Notes under the pieces: model-generated
Told to the model about the DNA's origin: nothing
Databases searched by the model: none
The model's input: only the letters and a program-made list of their open reading frames with translations
Program-made: the position numbers and the translations under genes
From: a virus
Taxonomy: Duplodnaviria; Caudoviricetes
Strand: one strand, 5' to 3'
DNA: 55,321 nt
IMG/VR virus record: IMGVR_UViG_3300025000_000129
Coordinates: 1 to 55,321 of that record
In this document: piece by piece, positions 9,161-18,809 of the stretch
Layout of the letters: each line of letters begins with the position of its first letter
How positions within the stretch are numbered: the first letter of the stretch is position 1

Positions 9161-9706
9161 CTACTTTCCGAGCCATGGGAATTGCCCTTGTTGCGCCGGT
9201 TGACCTTGCTGCCCTTGCTGGCTTGCTGGCTGGCCTTGTTGCTGACCGTTTGCCCATGGTGCCGCTGCCGGCTGCTGTCCTGCTGGTTGCTGTGCTGCCT
9301 GTTGTCCCTGATTCTGCTGTCCTGCCCCCTTCGCCCAATCCGGTTCAGGTCCATTCTGTGGATTTGATTGAGCCCCAGCACTATCCCCATCCTTCTTGCT
9401 ATCCGCAAACCCGACCTGCTCTGCAACAATTTCCGTAACATAATGTTTGACCTGCTTGTCATCGTCCCAGCTTCTAGTCTGAATTCTTCCTTGTACCCAC
9501 ACCTGCTGCCCCTTCTTGAAATACTTTGAACAAAATTCTGAAGTCTTTCCCCATGCCACCACAGGAAGGAAATCCGCGTCCGGCTGCCCATCCTGCTTAA
9601 CTCTCCTGTTTACTGCCAGCGTGAAGCCTCCTACTGCTGTGTTATTGGCTGTGTACCTCTGCTCAACTTCTTTGCAAAGCCTACCTATTAACGTACAATT
9701 ATTCAT
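9161..9706 (-). CDS. ssb: Single-stranded DNA-binding protein with Gln-rich tail
   Basis: MN...LIGRL...FTLAVNR...ADF..VVAWGK..E...KG..V.V.GRIQTRSW. Confidence 0.95.
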   Translation of the reverse strand: MNNCTLIGRLCKEVEQRYTANNTAVGGFTLAVNRRVKQDGQPDADFLPVVAWGKTSEFCSKYFKKGQQVWVQGRIQTRSWDDDKQVKHYVTEIVAEQVGFADSKKDGDSAGAQSNPQNGPEPDWAKGAGQQNQGQQAAQQPAGQQPAAAPWANGQQQGQPASQQGQQGQPAQQGQFPWLGK

Positions 9707-9753
9707 GCCTTTCCGACCTCCTGTATTTTAAATATTTTGTTAACTTGCGTATT

Positions 9754-9777
9754 TGCATATGGTCCTTCTAGCGCGAA
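9754..9777 (-). repeat. Putative recombinase site, 3' class: TTCGCGCT-AGAAGGAC-CATATGCA
   Basis: Begins immediately after the TAG of 9778..10023. Confidence 0.5.
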
Positions 9778-10023
9778 CTAATAACCTGTTGTCTCACAAT
9801 CTCGCTGGTATGAACAACCATCGTCTTTTTCAGGCTCAAGGATATGCCCGTTGTAAATCCTTGTAAGACGTACATATTCATCGCGTTCAATTTCTCGTAT
9901 AGCTCCTGGTTGCTTAAAGTGGTCACGTATTTTTTCTGGCTCCGCAAGCGCTGCTGCCGAACCAGCTTTAGCCTCTACCAATAGTGTGTTTTTTGAATCG
10001 GGTAAATCAAAATATCTTCTCAT
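9778..10023 (-). CDS. Hypothetical protein (cassette B)
   Basis: MRRYFDLPDS start with AGGAG RBS; trimmed from ORF 9778..10098. Confidence 0.65.
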   Translation of the reverse strand: MRRYFDLPDSKNTLLVEAKAGSAAALAEPEKIRDHFKQPGAIREIERDEYVRLTRIYNGHILEPEKDDGCSYQRDCETTGY

Positions 10024-10039
10024 TTCAGTTTCAATCTCC

Positions 10040-10063
10040 TTCACATTATTTTTTATATTCTGC
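10040..10063 (-). repeat. Putative recombinase site, 5' class (degenerate): GCAGAATA-TAAAAAAT-AATGTGAA
   Basis: Abuts the RBS of 9778..10023; only the inner arm is well conserved. Confidence 0.4.
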
Positions 10064-11492
10064 TCTTCCTCACCTTCGGACCTCCCGATATTTCGCACCC
10101 CAGCCCCTGATACACCTTCACCCGTTCTCTAGCCCAGTTCTTACAAGCCGTAACCTTACCATCCCAAATGTCATAAACCACCGGCATTGTCTTCCCCTCA
10201 AACGGTCTCATAACCCGCCCCACTGCCTGCTGAATTGAAGTCCGGTCTCTGTGTGGTGTAATCAACACCAACTTATTCAGCCTCGGGATGTCAAGGCCGA
10301 GCTTTGCCAGCGCATATGTTGCAAACAAAAACTGATACTTTCCTCCCCTCATGCCATCTATAATATGTTCTCGCACCTTTTTCGGAGTCGTCCCGCTGAT
10401 AAATTCAGCGTTTTTGCCATTTGCGCGCAATGAAGAGAAAATCATCCCAAGATGTTCCAGACTGTCACCCAGCACCAAGCAATAATCCTCGGGCATAATA
10501 TTTGCTGTCAATGTTCTGTGAAGAATTCGCTGTCTGTCAGCATCCTCCCTCATCGCCCCATACATCTGCTGCACCGACAACATTTCCTTCTCCCCGTCCT
10601 CGTCCACAGACTGCTCATAGACAAAATCTGTCTCAATGAATTCAACCCTAGGTTTCATAACACTCAGCCGCGGATCGTCCTGCGCCACCTCGTAGAATTT
10701 AGGACCTATAACATGGAACATTGTGGAGATAAGGCCGTCTGATCTATGCTCTGAAGCTGTCAGCCCAAACCGATAAAAAGCAGGAAACTGAGATATAACA
10801 GACTCAAACATCCGGGCTTTTGCCGCGTCTTTAAATACCAGGTGCGCTTCATCGATTACAATGCACCCGAACTTATTTTTTATAGCTGTCAAGTCTCTTT
10901 TACTTAAAGTCTGCACCGTGGCAAATGTGATATGCGTCCCAATGCTCATATTCTGCCCCTGTATAACCCCTATCTGGTTCCCCTTAAGCCCCAAAAACTT
11001 CACTGCACTGTCCATGCTCTGCTGCAACAAATCCATTGTGTGGGTAATCCATAAAGTAGGCTGCATAACCTGCCCAATCATCCCCATACCGCAACATGTC
11101 TTACCACTCCCACACGGTGCAATAAACACCCCCTGCTGCCACTGCTCCGCCAATTCCGGTACGGGCTCCTGATAATCTCTCAGCTGTGGGCCAGCAGGAA
11201 ACTCAATCTCAGGCAGCTTAATGCGGCGATCATCCACCATGTTCCAACTCAGCCCCACCAAATTCCACAGCTGCGCAAAATAGCCTCTCGGCAGTATGTA
11301 CTCCGTGGAATTATTAACCTTCTTCTCGCTATAGAGCTTGATATATTCCGAGAAGAAACAATACCTGTTAAGTCCCATTCTCCGCTTCTTATCGAACTCT
11401 GGGTTTCTGATAGTCAACTCTGCCTTAATTTGCTTCAGTATCTCTTCCGGCACATCACGGAGCCGGATTACGCTATCTAATGTAAGTTTCAA
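10053..11492 (-). CDS. SF2 DEAH-box helicase (ResIII/UvsW-like)
   Basis: LRDYQ, APCGSGKT, DEAH, GLTAS, GLDIP, QAVGRVMR. Confidence 0.92.
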   Translation of the reverse strand: MKLTLDSVIRLRDVPEEILKQIKAELTIRNPEFDKKRRMGLNRYCFFSEYIKLYSEKKVNNSTEYILPRGYFAQLWNLVGLSWNMVDDRRIKLPEIEFPAGPQLRDYQEPVPELAEQWQQGVFIAPCGSGKTCCGMGMIGQVMQPTLWITHTMDLLQQSMDSAVKFLGLKGNQIGVIQGQNMSIGTHITFATVQTLSKRDLTAIKNKFGCIVIDEAHLVFKDAAKARMFESVISQFPAFYRFGLTASEHRSDGLISTMFHVIGPKFYEVAQDDPRLSVMKPRVEFIETDFVYEQSVDEDGEKEMLSVQQMYGAMREDADRQRILHRTLTANIMPEDYCLVLGDSLEHLGMIFSSLRANGKNAEFISGTTPKKVREHIIDGMRGGKYQFLFATYALAKLGLDIPRLNKLVLITPHRDRTSIQQAVGRVMRPFEGKTMPVVYDIWDGKVTACKNWARERVKVYQGLGCEISGGPKVRKSRI

Positions 11493-11494
11493 AG

Positions 11495-11782
11495 TTAGAC
11501 CTCCTTAAGTAATTCGGCAAGCTTACATCCTTCCTTGTGACCATCCTTACGCGTTGCATGGCATAATGGACACTTAGGTATTTGATAATGCTGACCGTAC
11601 CATTCAATTTGCTTCAGCATTGCTCTGTACGCCAGTGCGGTTTTAGCCGCTCTTGTCGTACAGTCTGTCATTCCGCCCTTTGTACCTAAGCACTCAACAC
11701 AATTATGGGCTTTACATGTTGCTACAGCTTCAAGTTCGTGCTTTTTCAATAGCAAGTTCCATCGCCCTCCTTCCAATTCCAT
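11495..11782 (-). CDS. Hypothetical Cys-rich protein
   Basis: ORF track; CPLC...H...C motif. Confidence 0.55.
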   Translation of the reverse strand: MELEGGRWNLLLKKHELEAVATCKAHNCVECLGTKGGMTDCTTRAAKTALAYRAMLKQIEWYGQHYQIPKCPLCHATRKDGHKEGCKLAELLKEV

Positions 11783-12231
11783 AACCCCTGCATCCCTTTA
11801 GCCGGCACCGGCACCGGTAGCGGCTGAACATCTTCCAGAATCCAAGCATAACGTCCGGGCGTGTAATCGCCGAAATGATATTCGTTGCCGTCTATGACCC
11901 TTCCAACATCCGTGATAGCCCATGACGTGTCTCTATTCTCGCTCCTTATCTTCTCGCACCCTACCAACTTCGCAGTAGCAACCACCTTCCCGAATGGCCC
12001 GACGCCATGCTCCAGATTATAAAGCCATGAGCCGGTATAAATATTAATCCCAAGCAGTTTTGCAAACTCTCTGCACAATATCCGGGCGAGTACCGGCATT
12101 GCCTTCGTGGCATGTATCGCAATCCTCTGCCCTATCAGATAATCCGGCGCTTTCCAACTTCGTGTCTCTATTTTCTTATGCCCGAGTGCTATCAGCATTG
12201 CCCACAAAGTCCATAATGATATCGCTTTCAT
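11746..12231 (-). CDS. ASCH-domain protein
   Basis: MKAISLW..WA.LIA.G.KKIETRSW...IAIHA...GRYAW.L..V......PAKG.QGLW. Confidence 0.88.
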   Translation of the reverse strand: MKAISLWTLWAMLIALGHKKIETRSWKAPDYLIGQRIAIHATKAMPVLARILCREFAKLLGINIYTGSWLYNLEHGVGPFGKVVATAKLVGCEKIRSENRDTSWAITDVGRVIDGNEYHFGDYTPGRYAWILEDVQPLPVPVPAKGMQGLWNWKEGDGTCY

Positions 12232-12932
12232 AACTCTTCTCCCTTCAGCCCCTCCGGCCATTCCTGTATCGAAAACTGCTCATATAACGGAGACTTCACA
12301 AACACTGGTACGCCTGCCGCCTTGCACTGGTCAATTATGCTCTGTACCCACTCCGGCTTCGGTGGCACTGCTCCGGCTCCAGTCTGTTGGCCGATAATAA
12401 CCCAATCAAGAAACTGAACATTTCGTAAAGTAATTTCATTTATTTCTCCTAGCAATGGTTCTATGGATAAAAACCTTTTCGCCCTCTTCTTTTGGTCGTC
12501 ACCTGTGGCACAAAACAGATCATACCCTTTGTTTTGCATATCATCCTGATTAGTCACAGTCGCCCCAAACCACATATTGCAGCGGTAATCGTTATAACTT
12601 CGGTAAATTTTTGAGTAATTGTAAGGGTTCTTCGTCAGGAACAAATATTGATGATAATCTGCTCTCTTACAAGCACTAAATACATTTTCTATCCACTCAT
12701 CCGGCACCCATTCCCCAAATAAATCACCTGCGCTCACAACAAATATCTTTGATGGCTTCTTTACTTTCCCTGGCTCATCCAATTTTTTAGGGTTAAACAT
12801 CGGCTCAAAGCTCTTGTTAAATCGATGATACATAGCCTTAGCGTAGCAGTATGGGCAACCATGCAGGCAGCCCGTGACCGGATTCCAAGTATAGTCACAC
12901 CATTCAATGCCGTCTTTACCTTGCTTGTTCAA
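12228..12932 (-). CDS. DUF5131 (phage Gp37/Gp68, radical-SAM-like) protein
   Basis: IEWCDYTWNPVTGC..GC.YCYA, LTK.P, FLSIEPLLG, DWVIIG, VPVFVK. Confidence 0.9.
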   Translation of the reverse strand: MNKQGKDGIEWCDYTWNPVTGCLHGCPYCYAKAMYHRFNKSFEPMFNPKKLDEPGKVKKPSKIFVVSAGDLFGEWVPDEWIENVFSACKRADYHQYLFLTKNPYNYSKIYRSYNDYRCNMWFGATVTNQDDMQNKGYDLFCATGDDQKKRAKRFLSIEPLLGEINEITLRNVQFLDWVIIGQQTGAGAVPPKPEWVQSIIDQCKAAGVPVFVKSPLYEQFSIQEWPEGLKGEEL

Positions 12933-12949
12933 ATTAACCCCCCCCTCCC

Positions 12950-13387
12950 TCACATCCATACCGATTCATCATCTGGTATGGTATCAAAATTAATATAATG
13001 CTCCTTAACCCAGTCAGGGACATCTCCACCCCATATACGTCTTATGTCCCCAGCAGTAAAGCCTACCACTCCTCCGCTTTGCTTTACGGCAATGTCAAAA
13101 GCCGCACGGATACTGCAGGTTATTTGTACAAAAAACCTATTCTCATCATACTCGCCGTTCTTTTCATTCCATTTCCTGTACTCGTCAAAAGAATTGTCCA
13201 CACTCTCACTGCAATCCGCACAGTCCCAGCATTCTATTTCTTTCCACGTTTCGTTACAATCCATTGCCTTAAAGAAGGACTCAACCTCCTTTGCAATTTT
13301 ATCCCGCCGTGCCTCTGTAGTATTCGGATAGTTTCCGGCCATCCTTGCTGAAAATTCCTTCCAACGGTCGTACTGTTCTTTTGTCAT
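12950..13387 (-). CDS. Hypothetical protein
   Basis: MTKEQYDRW start with RBS; trimmed from ORF 12950..13513. Confidence 0.65.
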   Translation of the reverse strand: MTKEQYDRWKEFSARMAGNYPNTTEARRDKIAKEVESFFKAMDCNETWKEIECWDCADCSESVDNSFDEYRKWNEKNGEYDENRFFVQITCSIRAAFDIAVKQSGGVVGFTAGDIRRIWGGDVPDWVKEHYINFDTIPDDESVWM

Positions 13388-14016
13388 CAACCCATCACCT
13401 TCCCCATCACCTTCATATCCCAACCCCCTGCCACCTTCGGCAGCTCCGGATAATCCAACATCCTGATACTCCCCCGACACCCGCTGCAAACTGCAGCACT
13501 TACGGCATACCATGGAATCAAAAACGCCCTCTTTTCATCTTTTAGCCACAACCCCACTACAAATGCGTGCCCCTTACCAATCAATCCCTCAAACTCATTC
13601 AGCGCATCCCGCTCATTGTCTGATATCCAGCTATAAGCTATAACCGGCTGTTCATCCGTAGTCTTGACCTCCAGCATGTACCCGCCAAACTGCCTACGTA
13701 CCGCAATAAAATCGCACTTTGTACCATTGCCCAGGTTAACCTGCTTCTGCCGCCAGAATCCGGATTTTCTGAGGGAAGAGCTGATAAGGCTCTCCCCCTT
13801 CTTTCCCAACTCCCTGTTATGGTTGTTCCGTTCCCTCTGTGTCATTGGCTTCTGCAGCTTCGTCAGGCTCTGTATCCTCTGACTCTCCGCTATCTCTTCC
13901 GGCGTCATCATCCATGGTGGTGTCTGTGGGATTGTATGCTTTGTCAACTGCTTGTCTGAATGCTTCCTCAACTGTTTCTCTGAAATGTCTGCTTTCAATC
14001 TTCCCATCCTCCCCAA
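13387..14016 (-). CDS. RecU/Holliday-junction-resolvase-like PD-(D/E)XK nuclease (true start probably downstream, ~13845)
   Basis: GKKGE...CDF...LEVKT motif. Confidence 0.65.
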   Translation of the reverse strand: MGRMGRLKADISEKQLRKHSDKQLTKHTIPQTPPWMMTPEEIAESQRIQSLTKLQKPMTQRERNNHNRELGKKGESLISSSLRKSGFWRQKQVNLGNGTKCDFIAVRRQFGGYMLEVKTTDEQPVIAYSWISDNERDALNEFEGLIGKGHAFVVGLWLKDEKRAFLIPWYAVSAAVCSGCRGSIRMLDYPELPKVAGGWDMKVMGKVMG

Positions 14017-14584
14017 ACTTCAGTAATGACAACACCGCCGGAATTTCAATTTTCTTTGTCACCATTGGGCAGATCATCACAACCCCGAAATCGTTGTACC
14101 AATAAATACCGCCATTGATATCCCCACTGAAGCATGGCCCTGTCGGCGTCCCTTCTCCCGCATCAAAGTCAACCTCACCCTTGTCAACCATGTCAAGGTA
14201 TTCCTGATTGACTCCGTATACCTGTCTGTCGGGCCCCTGTATCATCCTGATATCGTGATTTTCAGTAAGCATAATAGGAGTGACAACCAACTTCAAATAC
14301 AAATCAGTTCTTATGATATTTCTAAGGTAAAATTCATCCACAATCTTGTACTGCGGATCCTGCTTCTCCTTCTCAACCGTAAACATCTCGCCCGGCTTCG
14401 GCAGTGTCCCGGCCAACAGCATAACCACCGCCTTAATTTCATTTGATACATGCTGATTTTTAATCCACACCACCCAATGCCCCGACGAGATCAGCATCCC
14501 GTCATTGATATTGCCGATGTCCAAACGGTAGTTCTTGTAAGCCTCTTTGACCTGTTTTGTAAATCGTCCTAAGTGTAGAAACAT
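13817..14584 (-). CDS. Hypothetical protein with acidic tail
   Basis: ORF track; coupled to upstream gene. Confidence 0.7.
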   Translation of the reverse strand: MFLHLGRFTKQVKEAYKNYRLDIGNINDGMLISSGHWVVWIKNQHVSNEIKAVVMLLAGTLPKPGEMFTVEKEKQDPQYKIVDEFYLRNIIRTDLYLKLVVTPIMLTENHDIRMIQGPDRQVYGVNQEYLDMVDKGEVDFDAGEGTPTGPCFSGDINGGIYWYNDFGVVMICPMVTKKIEIPAVLSLLKFGEDGKIESRHFRETVEEAFRQAVDKAYNPTDTTMDDDAGRDSGESEDTEPDEAAEANDTEGTEQP

Positions 14585-14839
14585 TTATTTGGCCTCCCTT
14601 TCCGGCACTTCAGGCACCGGCATCCAGCATTTTATTGCTTTTGCCTTTATTACAGGCATTTCAGTGGGTTTTGTGTATGATGCATTTCCGGTATTATTTA
14701 CCGCCCACCATTCTGTGGTTAAATATTTGAACCTTGTAGCTGTGTAAACCTTACCGCCTGCACAAATCAAAACTTGCTTTTCAAGTTCAGGCATTCTTTC
14801 GGTGCATGGAATCCAAACTCCAAACTTATCCATTGTCAC
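14585..14839 (-). CDS. DUF551-like protein
   Basis: WIPCTERMPE...VL...WMPVPEVP. Confidence 0.75.
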   Translation of the reverse strand: MTMDKFGVWIPCTERMPELEKQVLICAGGKVYTATRFKYLTTEWWAVNNTGNASYTKPTEMPVIKAKAIKCWMPVPEVPEREAK

Positions 14840-17800
14840 AGTCTCCTCACTCTGCTCCCGTTCTCCGTCATTTCAACATATAACTGCTGCGGGAATCTAT
14901 TTTTCATGTCCTCATCGTGCGATATTGCCAGAATCCGCATTTCGGGATATTTATTGTGGATTGTTTCAAGTGCATTGCAGTACCCTTCAATGCCGTCCGC
15001 ATCTAAAAATACAGGCTCGTCCACAAATAACATCCCAAGTTGTAAACCTACTCTTGAAGCCTTTATCATTGCCAACGCAAAACTATTAGCCAGCGCACAG
15101 CGTACTTTTTGACCGCCCGATCTGCTGAGATAAGGTAAGGTTCCGTTGTCCACATCAATTATGATAATCTCCAGCGTTGCAATCTCCTTTGCTTTATTGG
15201 ATTTCAGCACCTTCTCCGTGACAAATTCCAGCCTCATCCTCCCACCGGTCATCTGCCCCAATATCTCATTTGCCGCTGCTTCAAGTTCCGGCACTATGTC
15301 CCTAATGATCTGATATGGAATGCCATCCTGAGAGAAGGCTTCTGAAAGAATCTGCAGCTGTGCCGCCTGTTTAGCCGCTGTGGATAGCTCAGCCTGTTTT
15401 GCCGTCAGCTGCGCCCTCTGTGTGGAAATGACTTCGAGTTTTGCATTGATATTGCCAATCTGCTGATTGAGTGTGGAAATATCGGACTCAATAACCTTTA
15501 TCGTTAGCTCATTATCCCTAATGGACTGCCTTAAAACCTCTCTATTATCCGTCAGCCTCTGCAGTTCCGCAATCCTATCGCTTGCCTTCCCGATAGCCAG
15601 AACCAATTCCGCCAAATCCGATCCTAACTGCTTGATCGCATCGCCCGTGGACTCCACAAACTGCTTAGCTTTCGGCAGCTGCATTTTCTGTTCTTCGAAG
15701 CGTAACAGCGAATTAACCCTGACTTTCAATTCAGCGTGCTTGCTGGTTTCTTGCTCTAATGCCGCAATTTCCACAGATAACAGTTTGAGCTCCTGATCAC
15801 AATTCGTTATTTTTAATATGAGCTCGGCATCCTGACCAACAAGCGCATCCGCTGTGGCACTGTCAGCCGCCATTTTAGATAGCCTATCCTTTGCCACTCT
15901 GAATGTCTTGGCTTCCTGAATAAGCGCATTATGGAAATCTCCGTCGTACTGCAAATTAACAATTTCAACGCTGATTTTGTCTGCAGCATCAACCAGACTT
16001 TCAATTCCTTTTTCTCTTTCAGGCCTGTACGCTTCCAGTTGTTCATTGATATTCTTAATACCGTCCTGAGCATCCCTTGCAGACTTAAGGAACTTGCATT
16101 TTGCATTTACCGAATCTATGCAGTTAGAATCTTTTAGCATTGCAGTCTGACTTTCAAGCCATTTGAGTTTATCCCCGAAGGAGGAAAGCGCCCTTTCCGT
16201 CTCGCGGTCATAAGTACGAGTTGAGGTATCGGCTTCAATTTCCAGCCGCTTGAGTTCCCTGTATTCTGCCGCCTTTTTTTCGCACTCTTCCAAATCCGCC
16301 TCAATTGTGTTCTCGTTAACAACCTTTTCGAGCCTCTCCTTGTCCTCAAGCCTCTTCTTGATTGTTGCCAGACTAATGGCAATTTCTTTACGCTTCAACT
16401 GCGCAAAACTGAACTCCAGGTTTGCCTTACCGCATTGAACATTCTTATCTTCCAGCATTGCAACCTTGCCATCCAGCGCCGCAATATCAAGCCTAGCCCT
16501 GTCAAGTTCAGCACACCTGTCAAGAATGTTCTGCTCACCCTGTAAAAACGTCTCAGTCTCAAATACCCTGTTTTCCAAATCAGCTTTCCGGTTTTTCTTC
16601 TCACTGTAGGAATCCGTCTTTACTTTCAGCTCCCGTTCCAGCTCTCCGGCCTCCCTGACGTAGCCATCCATTGCCGCAAGCTGAGCCTGATATCCTGCCA
16701 ACTCGGTTCTTGCTGCCTGTAAATCCTGTGTGGACACAGCCAGTGAAGTTTCAACCTGAGCCTTTTCGGTGTAGAGATCATCCTCAAAAGCAACGTCACT
16801 TTCCAGCTTTTCAATGTCGGTTTTTAATACCTTGATAGTTCGGTTAACATCGGTTAATTTTTCTTTTGCCAGCTTTTCCAGTTCGTCATAAATGCCTAAA
16901 TCTAATAAGCTTGCAAGCACGTTCATTCTGTCTTCTTTGCTGGCTTCCATGAATTTCCCGTATCTGTCTTGCATAATCAGTACACAGCTCTGAAACGTGT
17001 CGCAGTCCATGCCGAGAAGGTCTTTAATTTTCTGCTGTGTGTCGGTAAAGCGTTCGCAGGAATGGTCTTGGTATATCATACCTATAGGGATTCCATCCTC
17101 TTCATAACCTCCAGTCAGTTTCGCCAGCGCCAGTGTCGCCTTCCCACTTCTCTGCCTCGTCCTCGTCACTCTCCACAGATCATCACCCAGCTTGAATGTA
17201 AACGATATACTCCCCGACTTCTCCCCGTTCCGAATCCATCCAGTAAGCTCCTTTTCCCGGGTCTCTTCATACAGACAATCAGTAATGGCATCCATAAATA
17301 AACTGCTCTTTCCGCTGCCGTTCTTGCCGTTGACCATGGCAAAGAATATGTCCTCAAAAGAAAGCTTTTCTTCTGCATAGCTGCGGTAGTTGCGGACCTC
17401 GATTTCCACAGGCAGGAATAACCCGGAAGTGGTACCGATGGGAGAACTGGCTTGGGCCTCTTCAATGATTTCAAGTGCATATTCCTTAAGAATGGAATCA
17501 GGAGTTATTTTTTTTTCATTTAAATACCTGTTAAGACAATCCCCCACCGTCAGCTTCTCCGTCATTCTGTCCCGGTTCACTGCAGCCGTCACCTTCTCCG
17601 GTCTAATCTCCGACACATAATAAGCACCGGCAGCATACAGGTCACGTTCCAACTTCTTTTTGTCTAGGGCCTTTTCTGTTTCGCTGTCGCAGGTGTAGAG
17701 GACACGGACGACCTCTCCGCCAATCCCGCAATCACAGAAAAAGTTTTTGCCTGCAATATAATTACTTATAATTTCTTGATTACCTAAAAGCGTATGGAAC

Positions 17801-18639
17801 TCCCTGGCAGGTGTCTTTATAAACTCATAAAAATTAGTAATGCCACCATGGTTCAACTGTGTTATCCAAAACCCCTTCTCATGCCCTTCATCATTGAAAG
17901 TATTTGCATCTATCGAACCCGCATAATAAACCGGCTTGCTGCAAGCCATTACCCTCTGCGCCTTATGTATATGCCCCAAACAGACCAAATCAAAAGCAGA
18001 ATTATCCAGTGTATTAGTATCCAAAACAACCTCATTAGCCTGAAAAACATGCGTCCCATTGTCCAACTCGCAGCCCACAACCGTATGATGCGCCATAAGA
18101 ACCGATGGTATTGTGGAATTAACCTGAGCCGATAAGCCCTGCACAACGCTGGCCAATTGCTGAGTAAATACCTGATTCTCTTCCTCTGCTGACAGCCCTG
18201 GGAACTGAGCTCGGAAGTGTCCTTTGTCGAAGCCGGGCAGACCTGCTATTTGGATGGGACCGGACTTGGTTTGGATGATTGACATTTCAGGCAAAACGAA
18301 GAATGTAACATTATCATTGGTTAATGCAATTAATGCTCCGAATTGTCCTGGACCATCATGATTTGGTGTGCCGTAAAGAACCGTGACAGGAGCAATCTCT
18401 GATAGCTCGTTTAAATAATCAGCCGCTATTTGAACCTCTGTCAAGGCTCTTTCAGCCCACACCTTTGCAGTGTGAAATATATCGCCCGCAATTAATATAA
18501 TGTCCGGCTGCTCTGCCCTAGCTGTCTCAACCAAACGGTCAAGACAGCGCATAGTATTCTCCATCCTCTTCATTGGATCATCGCACTGAGGGCCTACATA
18601 AGCCCCCAGGTGCCAATCTGCGCTATGTAATATCTTCAT
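14836..18639 (-). CDS. SbcD (Mre11) metallophosphoesterase - SbcC (Rad50) ATPase fusion
   Basis: HSADWHLG, AGDIFH, NHD, GHIH; then GKNGSGKSS, Q-loop LIMQD, coiled coil with central Cys pair, RSGGQ signature, FVDE, ISHD. Confidence 0.93.
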   Translation of the reverse strand: MKILHSADWHLGAYVGPQCDDPMKRMENTMRCLDRLVETARAEQPDIILIAGDIFHTAKVWAERALTEVQIAADYLNELSEIAPVTVLYGTPNHDGPGQFGALIALTNDNVTFFVLPEMSIIQTKSGPIQIAGLPGFDKGHFRAQFPGLSAEEENQVFTQQLASVVQGLSAQVNSTIPSVLMAHHTVVGCELDNGTHVFQANEVVLDTNTLDNSAFDLVCLGHIHKAQRVMACSKPVYYAGSIDANTFNDEGHEKGFWITQLNHGGITNFYEFIKTPAREFHTLLGNQEIISNYIAGKNFFCDCGIGGEVVRVLYTCDSETEKALDKKKLERDLYAAGAYYVSEIRPEKVTAAVNRDRMTEKLTVGDCLNRYLNEKKITPDSILKEYALEIIEEAQASSPIGTTSGLFLPVEIEVRNYRSYAEEKLSFEDIFFAMVNGKNGSGKSSLFMDAITDCLYEETREKELTGWIRNGEKSGSISFTFKLGDDLWRVTRTRQRSGKATLALAKLTGGYEEDGIPIGMIYQDHSCERFTDTQQKIKDLLGMDCDTFQSCVLIMQDRYGKFMEASKEDRMNVLASLLDLGIYDELEKLAKEKLTDVNRTIKVLKTDIEKLESDVAFEDDLYTEKAQVETSLAVSTQDLQAARTELAGYQAQLAAMDGYVREAGELERELKVKTDSYSEKKNRKADLENRVFETETFLQGEQNILDRCAELDRARLDIAALDGKVAMLEDKNVQCGKANLEFSFAQLKRKEIAISLATIKKRLEDKERLEKVVNENTIEADLEECEKKAAEYRELKRLEIEADTSTRTYDRETERALSSFGDKLKWLESQTAMLKDSNCIDSVNAKCKFLKSARDAQDGIKNINEQLEAYRPEREKGIESLVDAADKISVEIVNLQYDGDFHNALIQEAKTFRVAKDRLSKMAADSATADALVGQDAELILKITNCDQELKLLSVEIAALEQETSKHAELKVRVNSLLRFEEQKMQLPKAKQFVESTGDAIKQLGSDLAELVLAIGKASDRIAELQRLTDNREVLRQSIRDNELTIKVIESDISTLNQQIGNINAKLEVISTQRAQLTAKQAELSTAAKQAAQLQILSEAFSQDGIPYQIIRDIVPELEAAANEILGQMTGGRMRLEFVTEKVLKSNKAKEIATLEIIIIDVDNGTLPYLSRSGGQKVRCALANSFALAMIKASRVGLQLGMLFVDEPVFLDADGIEGYCNALETIHNKYPEMRILAISHDEDMKNRFPQQLYVEMTENGSRVRRL

Positions 18640-18809
18640 GCCTGCTCACCTTCCTTGTATTCTTCATTCCAGCAAACCGCGCATTCGTCAGCGCCTGTGT
18701 CGCAGAATACCGTTTCTATGTCAAATAAATCTGACGGACATTTACCTTCTATGATTTCATCTTCTGTCAACTCCGGATGCAATTCCTTAGCCTTTTCTAA
18801 CCTCGTCAT
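18636..18809 (-). CDS. Small Cys-containing hypothetical protein, not in ORF track
   Basis: Read manually: MTRLEKAKELHPEL...CAVCWNEEYKEGEQA; ATGA overlaps at both ends. Confidence 0.55.
   Translation of the reverse strand: MTRLEKAKELHPELTEDEIIEGKCPSDLFDIETVFCDTGADECAVCWNEEYKEGEQA

Noticed and set aside
9200-9340. CAG-rich repeats
   Set aside because: They encode the low-complexity Gln-rich SSB linker
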